Origin: Spirochaetia bacterium
Lineage (GTDB): Bacteria > Spirochaetota > Spirochaetia > SP-2023
Reading direction: 5' to 3'
NCBI GenBank assembly: GCA_965225855.1
Contig: CBDDCK010000005.1
Location: 416,001 to 480,000, forward strand
Length of the DNA stretch: 64,000 nucleotides
This document shows, one piece after another, positions 1 to 10,818 of the stretch (the stretch's first letter is position 1; the number at the start of each line of letters is the position of its first letter). The position numbers and the translations under genes are program-made. The notes under the pieces were generated by a model, which did not search any database, was not told the DNA's origin, and worked only from the letters and a program-made list of their open reading frames with translations.

Positions 1-780
1 TTTTCTAATTTTAGCTGGAAAGTCGGAATCGGTGATTTTTGGGTAATTATCGGTGCCAACGGCAGCGGCAAAACCAGTTTAATCCGTTTGCTCTTAGGGT
101 TAGAATCTCCGACCAACGGCTTAATACGCATACTAGGTAACAAGCTAGGCCAGCATTTGCGCAGCCTCAATGGACTGGAGCAACACACAGCAAAAGTGCA
201 AATTGGCTATGTGCCACAACATTTACAGTTTGACCACCGTCTGCCAATTCCAGTGTGGGAAGTTGTAGAAGGTGGGGTTTTGTGTTCCTCCTTTTGGAAA
301 AGTTTGTACAACGGCAAATTGGCCAAAGAGCGTGCGGATATTTGCCAGAGTGCTTTGGGTCAAGTAGGCATGGCCTCTTATGCCAAAGAGCGTTTTTCTT
401 CTCTTTCTGGAGGGCAGAAGCAACGTGTATTAATTGCGCGTGCCTTGGCCAGTGAATCACCTATTTTAATTCTCGATGAGCCAACGGCTTCTGTCGATCC
501 AACTGCGGCCCGCGAAATTGTGCAAATTTGCCAACAACTCCGCAAAAAGCACACCATTTTGTTTGTATCCCACGATATTGGCATGATACCAGATGTCTGT
601 GAGTATATATTGTGTCTAAACCCAGCAACAGCAAACAAAAAAAGTAACAAGAATGGGGGGCCAAATAAAGTATTGAGCCAAAGTCAAGGTGCCGTAGCGC
701 ATTCCCATGATGTGCGGGGGCTTTCGCGAGAGGATATTCTATTATTACTATATGGCCACTGGGGTTTTACTGGGGTCTGA
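1..780 (+). CDS. znuC: Metal (Zn/Mn) ABC transporter ATP-binding protein, ZnuC-like; 5'-truncated by the window edge
   Basis: Frame is open from base 1 and contains Walker A GANGSGKT; also GYVPQ, LSGGQKQRVLIARAL, LILDEPT and SHD motifs; precedes a ZnuB-type permease. Confidence 0.85.
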   Translation, partial: FSNFSWKVGIGDFWVIIGANGSGKTSLIRLLLGLESPTNGLIRILGNKLGQHLRSLNGLEQHTAKVQIGYVPQHLQFDHRLPIPVWEVVEGGVLCSSFWKSLYNGKLAKERADICQSALGQVGMASYAKERFSSLSGGQKQRVLIARALASESPILILDEPTASVDPTAAREIVQICQQLRKKHTILFVSHDIGMIPDVCEYILCLNPATANKKSNKNGGPNKVLSQSQGAVAHSHDVRGLSREDILLLLYGHWGFTGV

Positions 781-828
781 ACCCAATATAAAATAACTAT
801 TACAAATCAAATAAACAATGGTGGAAAT

Positions 829-1704
829 ATGAGTGATATTTGGCAATATCTATTTAAAGAAGCGGGCCGACCACTACTCTACGCCTTTTTGTTTTTATTG
901 TTGGCAGCACCCGGGTTTGGCACAATTGGAGTCTATGTCAGTTTAAAAAACTATAATGCCAGTATTGGGACTATTGCTCATGCCTCTTTACTGGGTTTGG
1001 GGCTGGCCAAATATGCCATGTATTATTGGGGTTGGTTGTATCTTACCCCATTTTGGGGCATGGTATTAGTTGCGGGAATTACGGCAATTATTTTGTTTTT
1101 AGTTGAATCGTATCAGAGCGTCCGCATTGGAACTTTATTAAATGTTATTTGGAGTACGGCAATGGCAGTGGGTATTTTGCTACTCCAAAAAGTTCCAGGC
1201 GGGGCCAATATGGAAAGTTATTTGTGGGGCAATATTTTGATTTTACAAAGCTCACAATTGTGGAGTTTATTCGGCCTCAATCTAGCGATATTTTTTATCT
1301 TGATCCTCCCTTGGCGCTACCATCAATTATTGATATTTGACACGGAATTTGCTAAAAGCCGAGGCATGTCAACCCAAACATATTCTTTCCTTTTTTACTT
1401 ATTAGTTTCGTACTCCATTATCATCGTAATTTCTGCAGTTGGTATTTTGCTTTGCCTAGGGCTTTTTAGCATTCCCAGTGCCATTGCCAATTTATTTGCG
1501 CGCAATTTTAAGCAAATGATGATTTATTCATGTAGTGCGCTGTTGCTAAGTTCATGGCTGGGCCTAGCTATCAGTATTGAAACCAATACAGCACCCAGCA
1601 GTTTTATTATCGTGCTACTCACTGCAATTTATGTAGTCCTTGCCACCATCAAATATTTCTGGAGGAAAAGCAAGGGAAAAGGTAAGTGGTTTAAATTTAT
1701 TTAG
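829..1704 (+). CDS. znuB: Metal ABC transporter permease, ZnuB-like
   Basis: Hydrophobic 291 aa with IAHASLLG, SYLWGNIL, FDxEFAxxRG and SAVGILL motifs of ABC-3 permeases. Confidence 0.85.
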   Translation: MSDIWQYLFKEAGRPLLYAFLFLLLAAPGFGTIGVYVSLKNYNASIGTIAHASLLGLGLAKYAMYYWGWLYLTPFWGMVLVAGITAIILFLVESYQSVRIGTLLNVIWSTAMAVGILLLQKVPGGANMESYLWGNILILQSSQLWSLFGLNLAIFFILILPWRYHQLLIFDTEFAKSRGMSTQTYSFLFYLLVSYSIIIVISAVGILLCLGLFSIPSAIANLFARNFKQMMIYSCSALLLSSWLGLAISIETNTAPSSFIIVLLTAIYVVLATIKYFWRKSKGKGKWFKFI

Positions 1705-1758
1705 AAAAATATGTTATTGTCTAATTATTTATAATCAAAATATTTTAAAGTCGTACTA

Positions 1759-1786
1759 TTGACAGAAAGCTCTTAGACCATATAAT
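1759..1786 (+). promoter_or_regulatory. Sigma70-type promoter of the flavodiiron gene
   Basis: TTGACA-N16-TATAAT, both hexamers perfect, about 100 bp upstream of ATG 1883. Confidence 0.75.
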
Positions 1787-1882
1787 AGCGTAAAAAATTA
1801 GACTCAAGTTTTGTTCAATAATCGGTTTTTATTTTATAAATATCTACCAAGCAAATATTAACCAAACTTAAGTGAGGTTTCA

Positions 1883-3121
1883 ATGAAGTATTCCCAAGTC
1901 TGCGATGGAATTTTTAAGCTTTCGGCTAATGCTTATGATTTATTATTTGAGAGCTTGTGGCCTGTGCCTTATGGTGTTGCTATGAATTCTTATATTGTGA
2001 AGGGTGAAAAAATTGCGATTATTGATGGTGTTTGTGGTTGGGATGGCGTTCCCGAAGTATTAGAAGAGCAATTTGAGCAGATGGGTCTTTGTGTTCAAGA
2101 TGTGGATTATATGATTATCAATCACATGGAGCCTGACCATTCTGGCTGGCTTGAGAGCTTTAAAAATAAAGTAAAGAGCGATGTTACTTTGGTTACCCAT
2201 AAAAAAGCTGTTCCACTGTTAGAAAGCTTTTTTGATATTACAGATTTAAAGATTCAATCTGTGAAAGATGGCGATACCTTGGATTTAGGCCATGGTAGGG
2301 TTTTGGCTTTTGCCGAAATACCCAATGTGCATTGGCCCGAAACGATTGCCACTTTCGATACGCTTTCTGGTACTTTGCTCCCTTGTGATGCCTTTGGGGC
2401 TTTTGGGGCCAGAATTGAAGGTAAGATGTATGATGATGAATTGACGGAAGCAGAAATTCTTGAGCTAGAGTCAGAAACTAGGCGTTACTACGCTAATATT
2501 GTGGGAGCGTTTTCATTGCCAGCGAATAAGGCCATTAAAAAGGCGGGTACACTTCCCATTAAAATTATTGCGCCCGGCCATGGTTTAGTTTGGCGTAAAA
2601 ATCCTAAATATATTGTTGATCAATACATAGAATATACCAATTATTCACAAGGCCCTGCCAAAAAGAAAATTACGCTATTGTGGTCTTCTATGTATGGCAA
2701 CACAGAAAAAGCGGTGCAGCCTGTACTCGATATATTAGAGCAATCGGGCATCGAATACGCAGTGTACCAATTACCAGATACCGATAACTATTCTTTTATC
2801 ATTAGTGATGTTTGGAATTCTAGTGGTGTGATTATGGGTGCGCCCACTTATGAATATAAAATTTTTCCGCCAATGGCGATGGCTTTGGAAGAATTGGGTA
2901 ATAAAAAAGCGTTGAATCGGCGTGCATTTTTATTTGGTTCCTATGGTTGGTCTGGTGGGGCCGATAAAGAAATGAATGAAATCATTGAACGGAAGAAGAT
3001 GAAATGGCAATTGCTTCCCTACATTGGCTTTAAAGGTAGGCCCAGTGCGGACGATATCGCAAACATTCAAAATCAAACAAAGCAGTTGATCAAAGAAATA
3101 GAGCAGTGGTGTGATAAATAG
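1883..3121 (+). CDS. fprA: Flavodiiron protein (FprA family, O2/NO reductase)
   Basis: NSYIV, HMEPDHSG, HWPE, CDAFG and PGHG diiron motifs plus a C-terminal flavodoxin domain (SMYGNT, FGSYGWSG). Confidence 0.9.
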   Translation: MKYSQVCDGIFKLSANAYDLLFESLWPVPYGVAMNSYIVKGEKIAIIDGVCGWDGVPEVLEEQFEQMGLCVQDVDYMIINHMEPDHSGWLESFKNKVKSDVTLVTHKKAVPLLESFFDITDLKIQSVKDGDTLDLGHGRVLAFAEIPNVHWPETIATFDTLSGTLLPCDAFGAFGARIEGKMYDDELTEAEILELESETRRYYANIVGAFSLPANKAIKKAGTLPIKIIAPGHGLVWRKNPKYIVDQYIEYTNYSQGPAKKKITLLWSSMYGNTEKAVQPVLDILEQSGIEYAVYQLPDTDNYSFIISDVWNSSGVIMGAPTYEYKIFPPMAMALEELGNKKALNRRAFLFGSYGWSGGADKEMNEIIERKKMKWQLLPYIGFKGRPSADDIANIQNQTKQLIKEIEQWCDK

Positions 3122-3236
3122 GCGCAGATAAGTCTTCATTTTTGGTTCTATTTTGATCTTAGATTTGAAAGTTTGTTGTCTTTTGGACTGTGTTTGCCTT
3201 TGTTAGTTGCTTTTGCTAGCAACTTTGGAACAAATT

Positions 3237-4105
3237 ATGGTTCGTAATATTCTTGAAGAAATTGTTGCAGACAAACGCAAAGATTTAGTGCAGCTGAAAC
3301 AAAATTACCCTATAGACAAAGAGCAAGGGCGCAAGCGCCGTAGAATTAGGCCTCAAACAGTATTAGATTGTTTGGCAAAGCAGCGTATTATTGCTGAAGT
3401 CAAATGCGCCTCACCTTCGATGGAGGCCATTGATTTAGATGTAGATTATGTACAGAAAGCAATGGACTATCAGTCTGGCGGGGCTGCCATGATCAGTGTG
3501 CTTACCGATGAGAGGCATTTTTCTGGCAGTTTTGTCTTTCTCGAAGAAATAGGCCATCATGTTGATTGCCCTTTGCTTTGCAAGGATTTTATTATTGATG
3601 AATGGCAATTAGAGGCTGCCGATTTTGTCGGTGCGGACGCAGTATTATTAATTGTGAGTTGTTTTGCTCAAGAAATCGAAAGATTGCAATATTTGTATCA
3701 GTATGCTTTAGCAAAAAGGTCTTGTCCCCTTGGTTGAGTTGTATTCTGCTGAAGAGCGCTATGATGCTTACCAATTAAAGCCATATTTACTTGGGGTCAA
3801 TAGCCGCAATTTTAAAAAGTATGGAAATTGACTTGGCACAGGGTGCGCAAATTTTAAGTTTGTTGCGCTGCGAACTTTCCATGCCTCAAGCAATTGCTGT
3901 GCGTGTTCAATCTGGGCTACCGGATTTACCTTTGTTTGTGGGTGAATCGGGAATTGATACAATAGAAGATGCACAAATTTGGTTTGAAGGTGGGGCCGAT
4001 TGCTTATTGATTAGTACCAGTTTAATGTTAGCCGATAAAAGTACAGGTAAAAATGACATGGCAAAGCAACGGATTGTTTCATTTCGTCAAGTGTTTGAAA
4101 ATTGA
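3237..4105 (+). pseudogene. trpC: Indole-3-glycerol-phosphate synthase interrupted by two +1 frameshifts (pseudogene or assembly error)
   Basis: Frame 1 has IIAEVKCASPS, ISVLTD and LLCKDFIID. After the A5 run at 3713-3717, frame 2 reads GLVPLVELYSAEE...GVNSRN. After the T4 run near 3810-3813, frame 3 reads LKSMEIDL...VGESGI. The joined product is a full-length TrpC. Confidence 0.85.
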
Positions 4106-4141
4106 CAATTTCGTTTGTAATTTCAAATTTACAATTTTAGC

Positions 4142-5563
4142 TCAATATTTTTTACCAAATATTTGTTGTAATATTTCTGAAACTGAAGCTACGAGCAAGC
4201 TTTCGCGGCTTGCTAATTTGCGCAATTGCCAACGATAATCAGGTTGGAGCAAAAGCAAGTAGTAGCTGTTTTTGGTTTCGGCTCTTTGGAACAATGTGTG
4301 CATTTTTTTTGTGTGGGGCACAACATCGCAAGGTAACCCTGCTTGTTGTAAGCTTTGGCTAAAATGTAAGCAGGTTAAATAGGCACTAGCATCTGCGTTT
4401 TTCCAGTTTGGGTCGAGGCTAATAATGAGGCAGCTTGGGCCTTCTGGGCAGCCTGAAATTTTTGCGCTTTCTTGTGTTTTACTGGTTTCTAATAGTTCGA
4501 GGCCACAAAGCAAACGGTCTAAACCAATGGAACCGCCAACACCGGGCAGCGATTTTGTACTGTAAAGACTGGTCAATTGATCATAACGACCACCGGAACA
4601 AATAGAACCTAAAGAAGGTAATTCTTCCAAGAACGTTTCAAAAACCATTCCTGTGTAGTAGTCTAAGCCACGGGCTATACTCGGGTCGAAGCGCAATTGA
4701 ACACCATTTTGTATGGCAAAATCAGAAATCTGTTGCAGGTCGGTTAGGGTTTGAATCGCCTCGGCAGGCAATGTTGTTTGTTTTTCGTTTTGTTCATAAG
4801 CTACTTGCAATAGCAATAATCTCAATCGCTCTAGTTCATTGGTGAAGCTAGTTTGTTTTGAGTTTTTTCCCAGATAATCAACCAAAGTTTGGGTAACTTT
4901 TGGGCCCAATAAGTTACCCAAACTTTGGTAAACCGTCTCTTCACCTACTTTGTGCAGCTTATCCATAATGCGCATGGCTTGGGTTTGCAATTCTACGGTT
5001 ACTCCGCAAAGTTGCCAAAAAGTTGCTAATAGGCTTCGGTGATTAATGTGGATAATAATATTTTCCAGAGCGGGATAATCAGATTGCAAGCGGTTTAAGG
5101 CATTGTGGGCCATTTGTAGGACGCAAAGATCGGCTAGCAAGCTATTATCGCCGACAATGTCAAAATCACATTGGTAAAATTCGCGGTAACGGCCTTTTTG
5201 GGCATTTTCTCCGCGCCAGACTTTGGCAATGTGATAACGCTTAAATGGTAAGTTCAGTTGTTGTTCGTGCTGCACCATAAAACGGGCAAACGGTACGGTT
5301 AGGTCAAAACGCAAGGCTACATCGCGGCCACCGCTATCTTGAAAGCGATAAATCTGTTTTTCCGTTTCTCCCCCAGCTTTGCCGAGTAGAATTTCTGAGA
5401 ATTCTAATGCAGGGGTATCAATTGGGTCAAAGCCAGAGATTTCAAACAATTGACTTAAATTTTGCATGATTCGTCTGCGGCGTTTTTCTCCTTGTGGCCC
5501 ATAGGGTAGAGCATCGCGGAAACCTTTTAAAATTCGCGCTTCAATTAATTGAGTTTTTGCCAT
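4142..5563 (-). CDS. hisS: Histidyl-tRNA synthetase
   Basis: LRFDLTVPFAR, GRYREFYQCDFD, RGLDYYTG, GGRYD and GGSIGLDRL motifs. Confidence 0.95.
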   Translation of the reverse strand: MAKTQLIEARILKGFRDALPYGPQGEKRRRRIMQNLSQLFEISGFDPIDTPALEFSEILLGKAGGETEKQIYRFQDSGGRDVALRFDLTVPFARFMVQHEQQLNLPFKRYHIAKVWRGENAQKGRYREFYQCDFDIVGDNSLLADLCVLQMAHNALNRLQSDYPALENIIIHINHRSLLATFWQLCGVTVELQTQAMRIMDKLHKVGEETVYQSLGNLLGPKVTQTLVDYLGKNSKQTSFTNELERLRLLLLQVAYEQNEKQTTLPAEAIQTLTDLQQISDFAIQNGVQLRFDPSIARGLDYYTGMVFETFLEELPSLGSICSGGRYDQLTSLYSTKSLPGVGGSIGLDRLLCGLELLETSKTQESAKISGCPEGPSCLIISLDPNWKNADASAYLTCLHFSQSLQQAGLPCDVVPHTKKMHTLFQRAETKNSYYLLLLQPDYRWQLRKLASRESLLVASVSEILQQIFGKKY

Positions 5564-5803
5564 CTATTTTTACCTTTGTTATCATTAGAATTTTATTTTT
5601 TAAGCCAGTCATAACCTTTTAGCAAACTGTGATAAAAAATGAATTTGTAATAAAATACGTTTTTTATTTTATCAAGTTTTCTATACATACAGCGCAATAT
5701 TAAAAGCAGGTAAAAATAACTATTATCGAATTAATGTCTAGACAAAATTAATTAAAATCAATATTCTTTCTCATCAATATAAACTAAAAGGAAGCTCATT
5801 TTT

Positions 5804-6796
5804 ATGAAAAAATGCATTGTACTGGTATTCCTATTTGTTGTCAGCGTTTTTCTGTTTCATGCCTGTAGCCGCAAGACAAAAACGATGATTTTAGAAGAAG
5901 AACCCCAGAAGGTGGTCCATATAGGGGTTTCAAAAATTATTGCTCATCCAGCTTTGGATGCTATTGAAAAAGGGCTGGTTGAGGTAATTACAGATAGTGG
6001 TATTGAAGTAGAGTTTGATTTTCAAAATGCCAACGGTGATAATACGGCTGCAAACTCGATTGCTCAACTGTTTCGGGATCAGAAAGTGGATATTGCAGTG
6101 AGTATTGCAACCCCTACGACCCAAACATTGGTACAACAGCTTACTGGCATTCCGATTTTTTATAGTGGCATTACTGACCCTGAAGGGGCAGGAATCTTGA
6201 GCAAAATTAACGATGGTATGCAAATTGCTGGCTATTCGGATTTGTCTCCCGTAAGCGATCATATTACTTTGATTAAGCGCATTCAGCCGGAAGTAAAAGT
6301 AATTGGCCAAATTTTTAGTGCTGATGAAGATAATTCTCGCTTTCTCAACCAGATGAGCACTAAAGCTACCAAGGATAATGGTATCGAGTTAATTTCGGCG
6401 GCTATAACCAGTACAACTGAAGTTAAAGATGCTGCATTGAGTATCATTGATCGAGTAGAGGCCCTGTATATCACAACAGATAATAAAGTTATTTCGGCTA
6501 TGACTGCTGTCAGTGAGGTTGCAGACCAATACGATATACCTCTTTATTCGGCTGCTCCCATTAGTATGGAAGGCAACAATAAAATAGTGGTAGCTATGGG
6601 CATTGACTATGACAATATGGGTAAATTGACAGGTGAGTTAATTGTGCGCTATTTAAAAGGCGATAACAGTGTTTTTGACAATCCGATCGTCTATCCACCG
6701 TTGAAAGACCAGATTATTTTGATCAACCAAGAGCAAGTTGGTAAATTAGGTTTGAATATTCCTGAAGATATACGGGAAATAGCTAGGGAAAATTAG
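5804..6796 (+). CDS. ABC transporter substrate-binding lipoprotein (putative Trp/Tyr-binding, TrpX-like family)
   Basis: Lipobox-like FHAC; HPALDA, NANGD, IATPT, GITDP and TDN motifs of this SBP family. Confidence 0.8.
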   Translation: MKKCIVLVFLFVVSVFLFHACSRKTKTMILEEEPQKVVHIGVSKIIAHPALDAIEKGLVEVITDSGIEVEFDFQNANGDNTAANSIAQLFRDQKVDIAVSIATPTTQTLVQQLTGIPIFYSGITDPEGAGILSKINDGMQIAGYSDLSPVSDHITLIKRIQPEVKVIGQIFSADEDNSRFLNQMSTKATKDNGIELISAAITSTTEVKDAALSIIDRVEALYITTDNKVISAMTAVSEVADQYDIPLYSAAPISMEGNNKIVVAMGIDYDNMGKLTGELIVRYLKGDNSVFDNPIVYPPLKDQIILINQEQVGKLGLNIPEDIREIAREN

Positions 6797-6806
6797 ATTA
6801 TATCTG

Positions 6807-7865
6807 ATGTTAGGTATATTTGAGGCTCTCTTTGTTGGAGGGGCGATTTATAGTATTACTGCTTTAGGCGTCTTCATTACTTTCCGTATTTTGGACTTCC
6901 CTGACTTGACGGTTGAAGGTAGCTTTCCTCTGGGTGCTGTGGTTATGGGAATCTGTTTGAGTAATGGGTTGCCGTTGTGGTTGGGGTTTATCCTCGTCAT
7001 TATCGGTGGTGTTTTAGCTGGTATTTGTAGTTCGTTAATTCACAATTATTTAAAAGTGCCGGGATTACTTTCTGGTATACTGACGATGATGATGCTGTAT
7101 TCGCTTAATATCCGCATTTTAGGGCGGCCGAACTTGCCATTATTGAACGTTCCCACTCTCCCTATCTTTGCCAGTTTACAAGAATGGAGTAAGAATTGGC
7201 TTAGCTATCTCGATCGTTTGCTAATGCAGTCGGGTATTTTGATTGCTTTTGCCATAGCTTTAATTGCTGTTTTGCTGTGGCTAATCAATTTGTTTTTTCT
7301 TACTGATTTGGGCATTGCTTTGGGGGCTATGGGCGGCAATCAGCAAATGGCGATAAGTTATGGCTTAAACCCCCGTTTGCTAAAAACTATTGGTCTAGGA
7401 CTTTCCAATGGATTGGTCGCTCTTTCTGGTGCATTATTGGCGCAATACCAAGGTTTTGCCGATGTAGGACTAGGGGCTGGAATCATTATCACTGGCTTGG
7501 CTATTGTGATGATGGGAGAATTTTGTATCCATTCTAACCGCATTAGTTGGGTTACTTTTCGTATTCTTTTGGGTGCCATTATTTACCAAACTTTGATTTA
7601 TTTCTCCAGACGCTATGGTGCGGGTATTGGGTTTCTTTCAACAGATATTAAATTGATGACTGGTTTGTTGATCATTTTGTTTTTAGGCTTGAGTCAAGTG
7701 CAACAATATCGTCATCAAATCCATGCATTAAAACAAGCTTTATCTCGTTTCAAAATAAATGAACTGAAGGAAGCTTCTTTTGTGGTCCAAAAAGAAAAAG
7801 CCGTGGTGCAAAATAGCGGGGTTGAAGAACCCGAAGAGCCTGAAATAAAGGGAGAGTGGTTGTGA
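6807..7865 (+). CDS. ABC transporter permease (TrpY-like)
   Basis: FRILDFPDLTVEGSFPLG, LLSGIL, YSLNIRI and GFADVGLG motifs. Confidence 0.85.
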   Translation: MLGIFEALFVGGAIYSITALGVFITFRILDFPDLTVEGSFPLGAVVMGICLSNGLPLWLGFILVIIGGVLAGICSSLIHNYLKVPGLLSGILTMMMLYSLNIRILGRPNLPLLNVPTLPIFASLQEWSKNWLSYLDRLLMQSGILIAFAIALIAVLLWLINLFFLTDLGIALGAMGGNQQMAISYGLNPRLLKTIGLGLSNGLVALSGALLAQYQGFADVGLGAGIIITGLAIVMMGEFCIHSNRISWVTFRILLGAIIYQTLIYFSRRYGAGIGFLSTDIKLMTGLLIILFLGLSQVQQYRHQIHALKQALSRFKINELKEASFVVQKEKAVVQNSGVEEPEEPEIKGEWL

Positions 7866-8659
7866 TTGCTTTACAAGATGCCTGCATGATTTTTCACCCA
7901 GGTAGTGTTGATGAGATGATGGCCCTAAAACCATGTAATCTGCAGATTGACGCTGGTGATTTTATTACGATTATTGGTACTAATGGGGCGGGTAAGTCTA
8001 CTTTATTTAATGCTATTTCCGGCCACTTTCCGCTGAGTAGTGGTAAAATTTTTTTAAATGAAATCAATATTTCCAAAATGCCAGAACATCGTAGGGCCAA
8101 GCTAATAGGGCGCATTTTTCAAAATCCGGCAATGGGTACAGCAGCGAATATGAGTTTAGAGCATAATTTATGTATTGCCAGTAATAAAGAGATGAAGTCT
8201 TTAAAAATTAGTTTGAATGCTGCTAAGCGCAAAGAATTTTGCGAATACTTGAAGCATCTGGATATGAATTTAGAAGAACGATTGAGTGATAATGTTGGTC
8301 AATTCTCTGGCGGTCAACGTCAAGCGATTACTTTATTGATGATGATTCTTTCGCCCCCTAAGTTGGTTTTGTTGGACGAACATACAGCTGCTCTTGACCC
8401 AGCCAATATGGCCAAGATAATGGAATTAACTCGTTATTTTATTGATAAATATCAATTGACAGCGATGATGATCACCCATGATATGAAGCAGGCAATTGAT
8501 TATGGCAACCGCCTATTGATGATGGATCAAGGTGAGATTATTTTTGATATTCGCGGTAAAGAAAAAGAAAACCTTTTTCCTAAAGATTTAATTGATAAAT
8601 TCCATGAGTTGCGAGGTGCTTCATGCGATCTAGGCGACCAAACCATGCTTAGTATATAG
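7856..8659 (+). CDS. ABC transporter ATP-binding protein (TrpZ-like)
   Basis: GTNGAGKST, FSGGQRQ, LLDEHTAALDP and ITH motifs. Confidence 0.9.
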   Translation: MVVIALQDACMIFHPGSVDEMMALKPCNLQIDAGDFITIIGTNGAGKSTLFNAISGHFPLSSGKIFLNEINISKMPEHRRAKLIGRIFQNPAMGTAANMSLEHNLCIASNKEMKSLKISLNAAKRKEFCEYLKHLDMNLEERLSDNVGQFSGGQRQAITLLMMILSPPKLVLLDEHTAALDPANMAKIMELTRYFIDKYQLTAMMITHDMKQAIDYGNRLLMMDQGEIIFDIRGKEKENLFPKDLIDKFHELRGASCDLGDQTMLSI

Positions 8660-8748
8660 CTTAGTTTGAATAAAAGAACCAAGGAGGTATTTCTTGGAAT
8701 TCTAGCTTGCCAATTGCCTGTAACAACATTAGAATCTGGCACCTCTTT

Positions 8749-8822
8749 GGACGATTAGCTCAGCTGGATAGAGTGCTTCCCTCCGGAGGAAGAGGTCGTG
8801 GGTTCGAATCCCTCATCGTTCG
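8749..8822 (+). tRNA. tRNA-Arg(CCG)
   Basis: Acceptor stem GGACGAT/ATCGTTC, D-arm AGCTCAGCTGGATAGAG, anticodon stem CTTCC/GGAAG with loop CTCCGGA, T-loop GGTTCGAATCC; CCA not encoded. Confidence 0.95.
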
Positions 8823-8825
8823 TTT

Positions 8826-10637
8826 TCAAGACTCCTTGATAAGGCCTACAGCTATCGCTCTTTTTCCAGAATGCATTCCCACTATCGGAGAAGTCTCGGT
8901 TATGTAATCGGCAGTTTTTTGGGTGATGCCTTGCAAAATGTTTGCAAGCAATGAAGCATCTTTTTGCGCTGCTGCATGGGTAATGCCGTATGATTGCACT
9001 TTGTTGGTTTTGTGGATTGTTTTGATTATATGGGCTGCTTTTTTTAAAAGCCCTTGGTATGAAAATGCTTTGCTGTAGACAATACCATTACCATTTGGGC
9101 CGAGTGTAATAATCGGTTTTAAATTGAGTAAAGAAGCTAGCCAACCTTTTGTGCGGCTAATTCGTCCACCGCGGATAAAATGTTTCAGCGTGGGCACAAA
9201 CACAAAGGTTTTAATTCTCTTTTTTAGGTTTTCTGCTAGAATTATTAAAGATTCCAAAGATTTTTCTGTGGCAGCGGCCTGGGCAATTTGAATGACTAAT
9301 AAACCCAGAGCAATAGAATTCAGGCAAGTATCCACCACGGCAATCTTTTGAGCTTTGTCATTATATTGTTTGGCGCATTGCTGCAATTGGCCCCAAAACC
9401 CACTTTGCACTTTGGCTATGGGCAAGACAATAATGCCTTCATAATATTCTAGTAAATATTGAAATAAACTGTGGATATTGGCAGGTGCGGGTAGTGAGCT
9501 GCTCGGGAAACAAGAGCTTTGCGCTTGTTTTTGATAAAACTGCTCTGCTGTGATGGTTAAGCGGTCGAGATATTCATTCTGACCCCATATAAGTTTAAAG
9601 CTGATGATATGTATTTGGTAGTTATCTAGTATATCTTGCGGTATATCGGCAACCGAGTCTGTTACAATGGCAATTTCCCCAATTTTTTGTTGTTGTACTT
9701 GTTGTTGGCGAAACATATCATCGACTTTTTGGTCATAAATGATACCCGATTTTTGCAGTATGGCATAGGCTAGCTCTGGTTGGTTGGTATGGATATGCAC
9801 TCTATTTTTTCTAGCACCTTGGCTAAGCACCAATGAATCGCCAATGGTTTGCAATTCTTGCTTTAATTGTTTTTGCGGTATGGAGTCTTCAGCATGCCCG
9901 ACTAAAAATTCAGCACAATAGCGGTATTTCAATTCTGTTTCTAAATTATGTGGGCCATGGGCAAAGGCTTCACTGTTGTATTCAGAGTCTATATGAAAAG
10001 ATTTCCTAAAGGATAAACTGGCAAAATCACTGCGGTTTAATTGTGCTATGCCTTCGAGAAAATAGATAAAGCCCTGCGCACCGGCATCGAATACATTATT
10101 TTTTTGCAAGACGGGAAGTTGTTCTTTGGTTTTATCCAAGCTGTTACGTGCTTGCACCAATGCTTGCGCCAAAGTTTGCAGCAATGGGGTTTGGGAAAGG
10201 CTACTTTGGTAAATAGATTCTGCCCAAGTTTTTAACACGGTTAGAATGGTACCCTCAACAGGGTTGGTTATTGCTTCATAAACTAAGGAAACAGCATTTT
10301 TGGCAGATTGTGCCAACTCGGCTAAAGATAAAAGCATTTTATCTGGGGTATGGGCTGCCAAGCCGTTGAGGTATTGCGAACATATTAAGCCGGAACTGCC
10401 TCTAGCGCTTTCTAAAGATAGGTTGGCAATATTGTTTAATGTTGTTTTTGCCGAGCGAACGGGGCACAGCCTATTGGTAATGGTAGCCATAGTCATACAG
10501 AGGTTGGTGCCCGTATCGCCATCTGCTACGGGGAATACGTTAATCTTATTTAAGTATTTCCTTTGCTTTTGGATGTTGTTTAAGCCAAAGAGAAAACCAT
10601 AGTAAATATGGTAGCCGCTAATATTTTCTCTATTCAT
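8826..10637 (-). CDS. DAK2-DegV fusion (fatty acid kinase FakA/FakB-like)
   Basis: N-terminal LNKINVFPVADGDTGTNL, EGTILTV, DAGA and RVHIHTN; C-terminal DegV domain (IVTDSVAD, RGGRI, LNLKPII, HSG). Confidence 0.9.
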   Translation of the reverse strand: MNRENISGYHIYYGFLFGLNNIQKQRKYLNKINVFPVADGDTGTNLCMTMATITNRLCPVRSAKTTLNNIANLSLESARGSSGLICSQYLNGLAAHTPDKMLLSLAELAQSAKNAVSLVYEAITNPVEGTILTVLKTWAESIYQSSLSQTPLLQTLAQALVQARNSLDKTKEQLPVLQKNNVFDAGAQGFIYFLEGIAQLNRSDFASLSFRKSFHIDSEYNSEAFAHGPHNLETELKYRYCAEFLVGHAEDSIPQKQLKQELQTIGDSLVLSQGARKNRVHIHTNQPELAYAILQKSGIIYDQKVDDMFRQQQVQQQKIGEIAIVTDSVADIPQDILDNYQIHIISFKLIWGQNEYLDRLTITAEQFYQKQAQSSCFPSSSLPAPANIHSLFQYLLEYYEGIIVLPIAKVQSGFWGQLQQCAKQYNDKAQKIAVVDTCLNSIALGLLVIQIAQAAATEKSLESLIILAENLKKRIKTFVFVPTLKHFIRGGRISRTKGWLASLLNLKPIITLGPNGNGIVYSKAFSYQGLLKKAAHIIKTIHKTNKVQSYGITHAAAQKDASLLANILQGITQKTADYITETSPIVGMHSGKRAIAVGLIKES

Positions 10638-10818
10638 ATAGTTTACTCCTCTGGCTATTTAGTTCAATACAGATAGGCTAGCCTTAGCTTTATTGGGAAG
10701 ATCAATTTAGTGAAAAAAATTGTTTTTGCATAGCTATACAAACTACCTTAATTCAAAATTTTCAATTACGATAGGCCCCTAAGATAATTTGTCAAATTAA
10801 TGTGTATAAAGGTTTTTT

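Noticed and set aside
3713..3813. Programmed frameshifting in trpC
   Set aside because: It would require two successive shifts; no stimulatory structure is visible and I know no precedent for TrpC.
8707..8907. 66-aa ORF
   Set aside because: Overlaps tRNA-Arg and the end of the DegV fusion gene.
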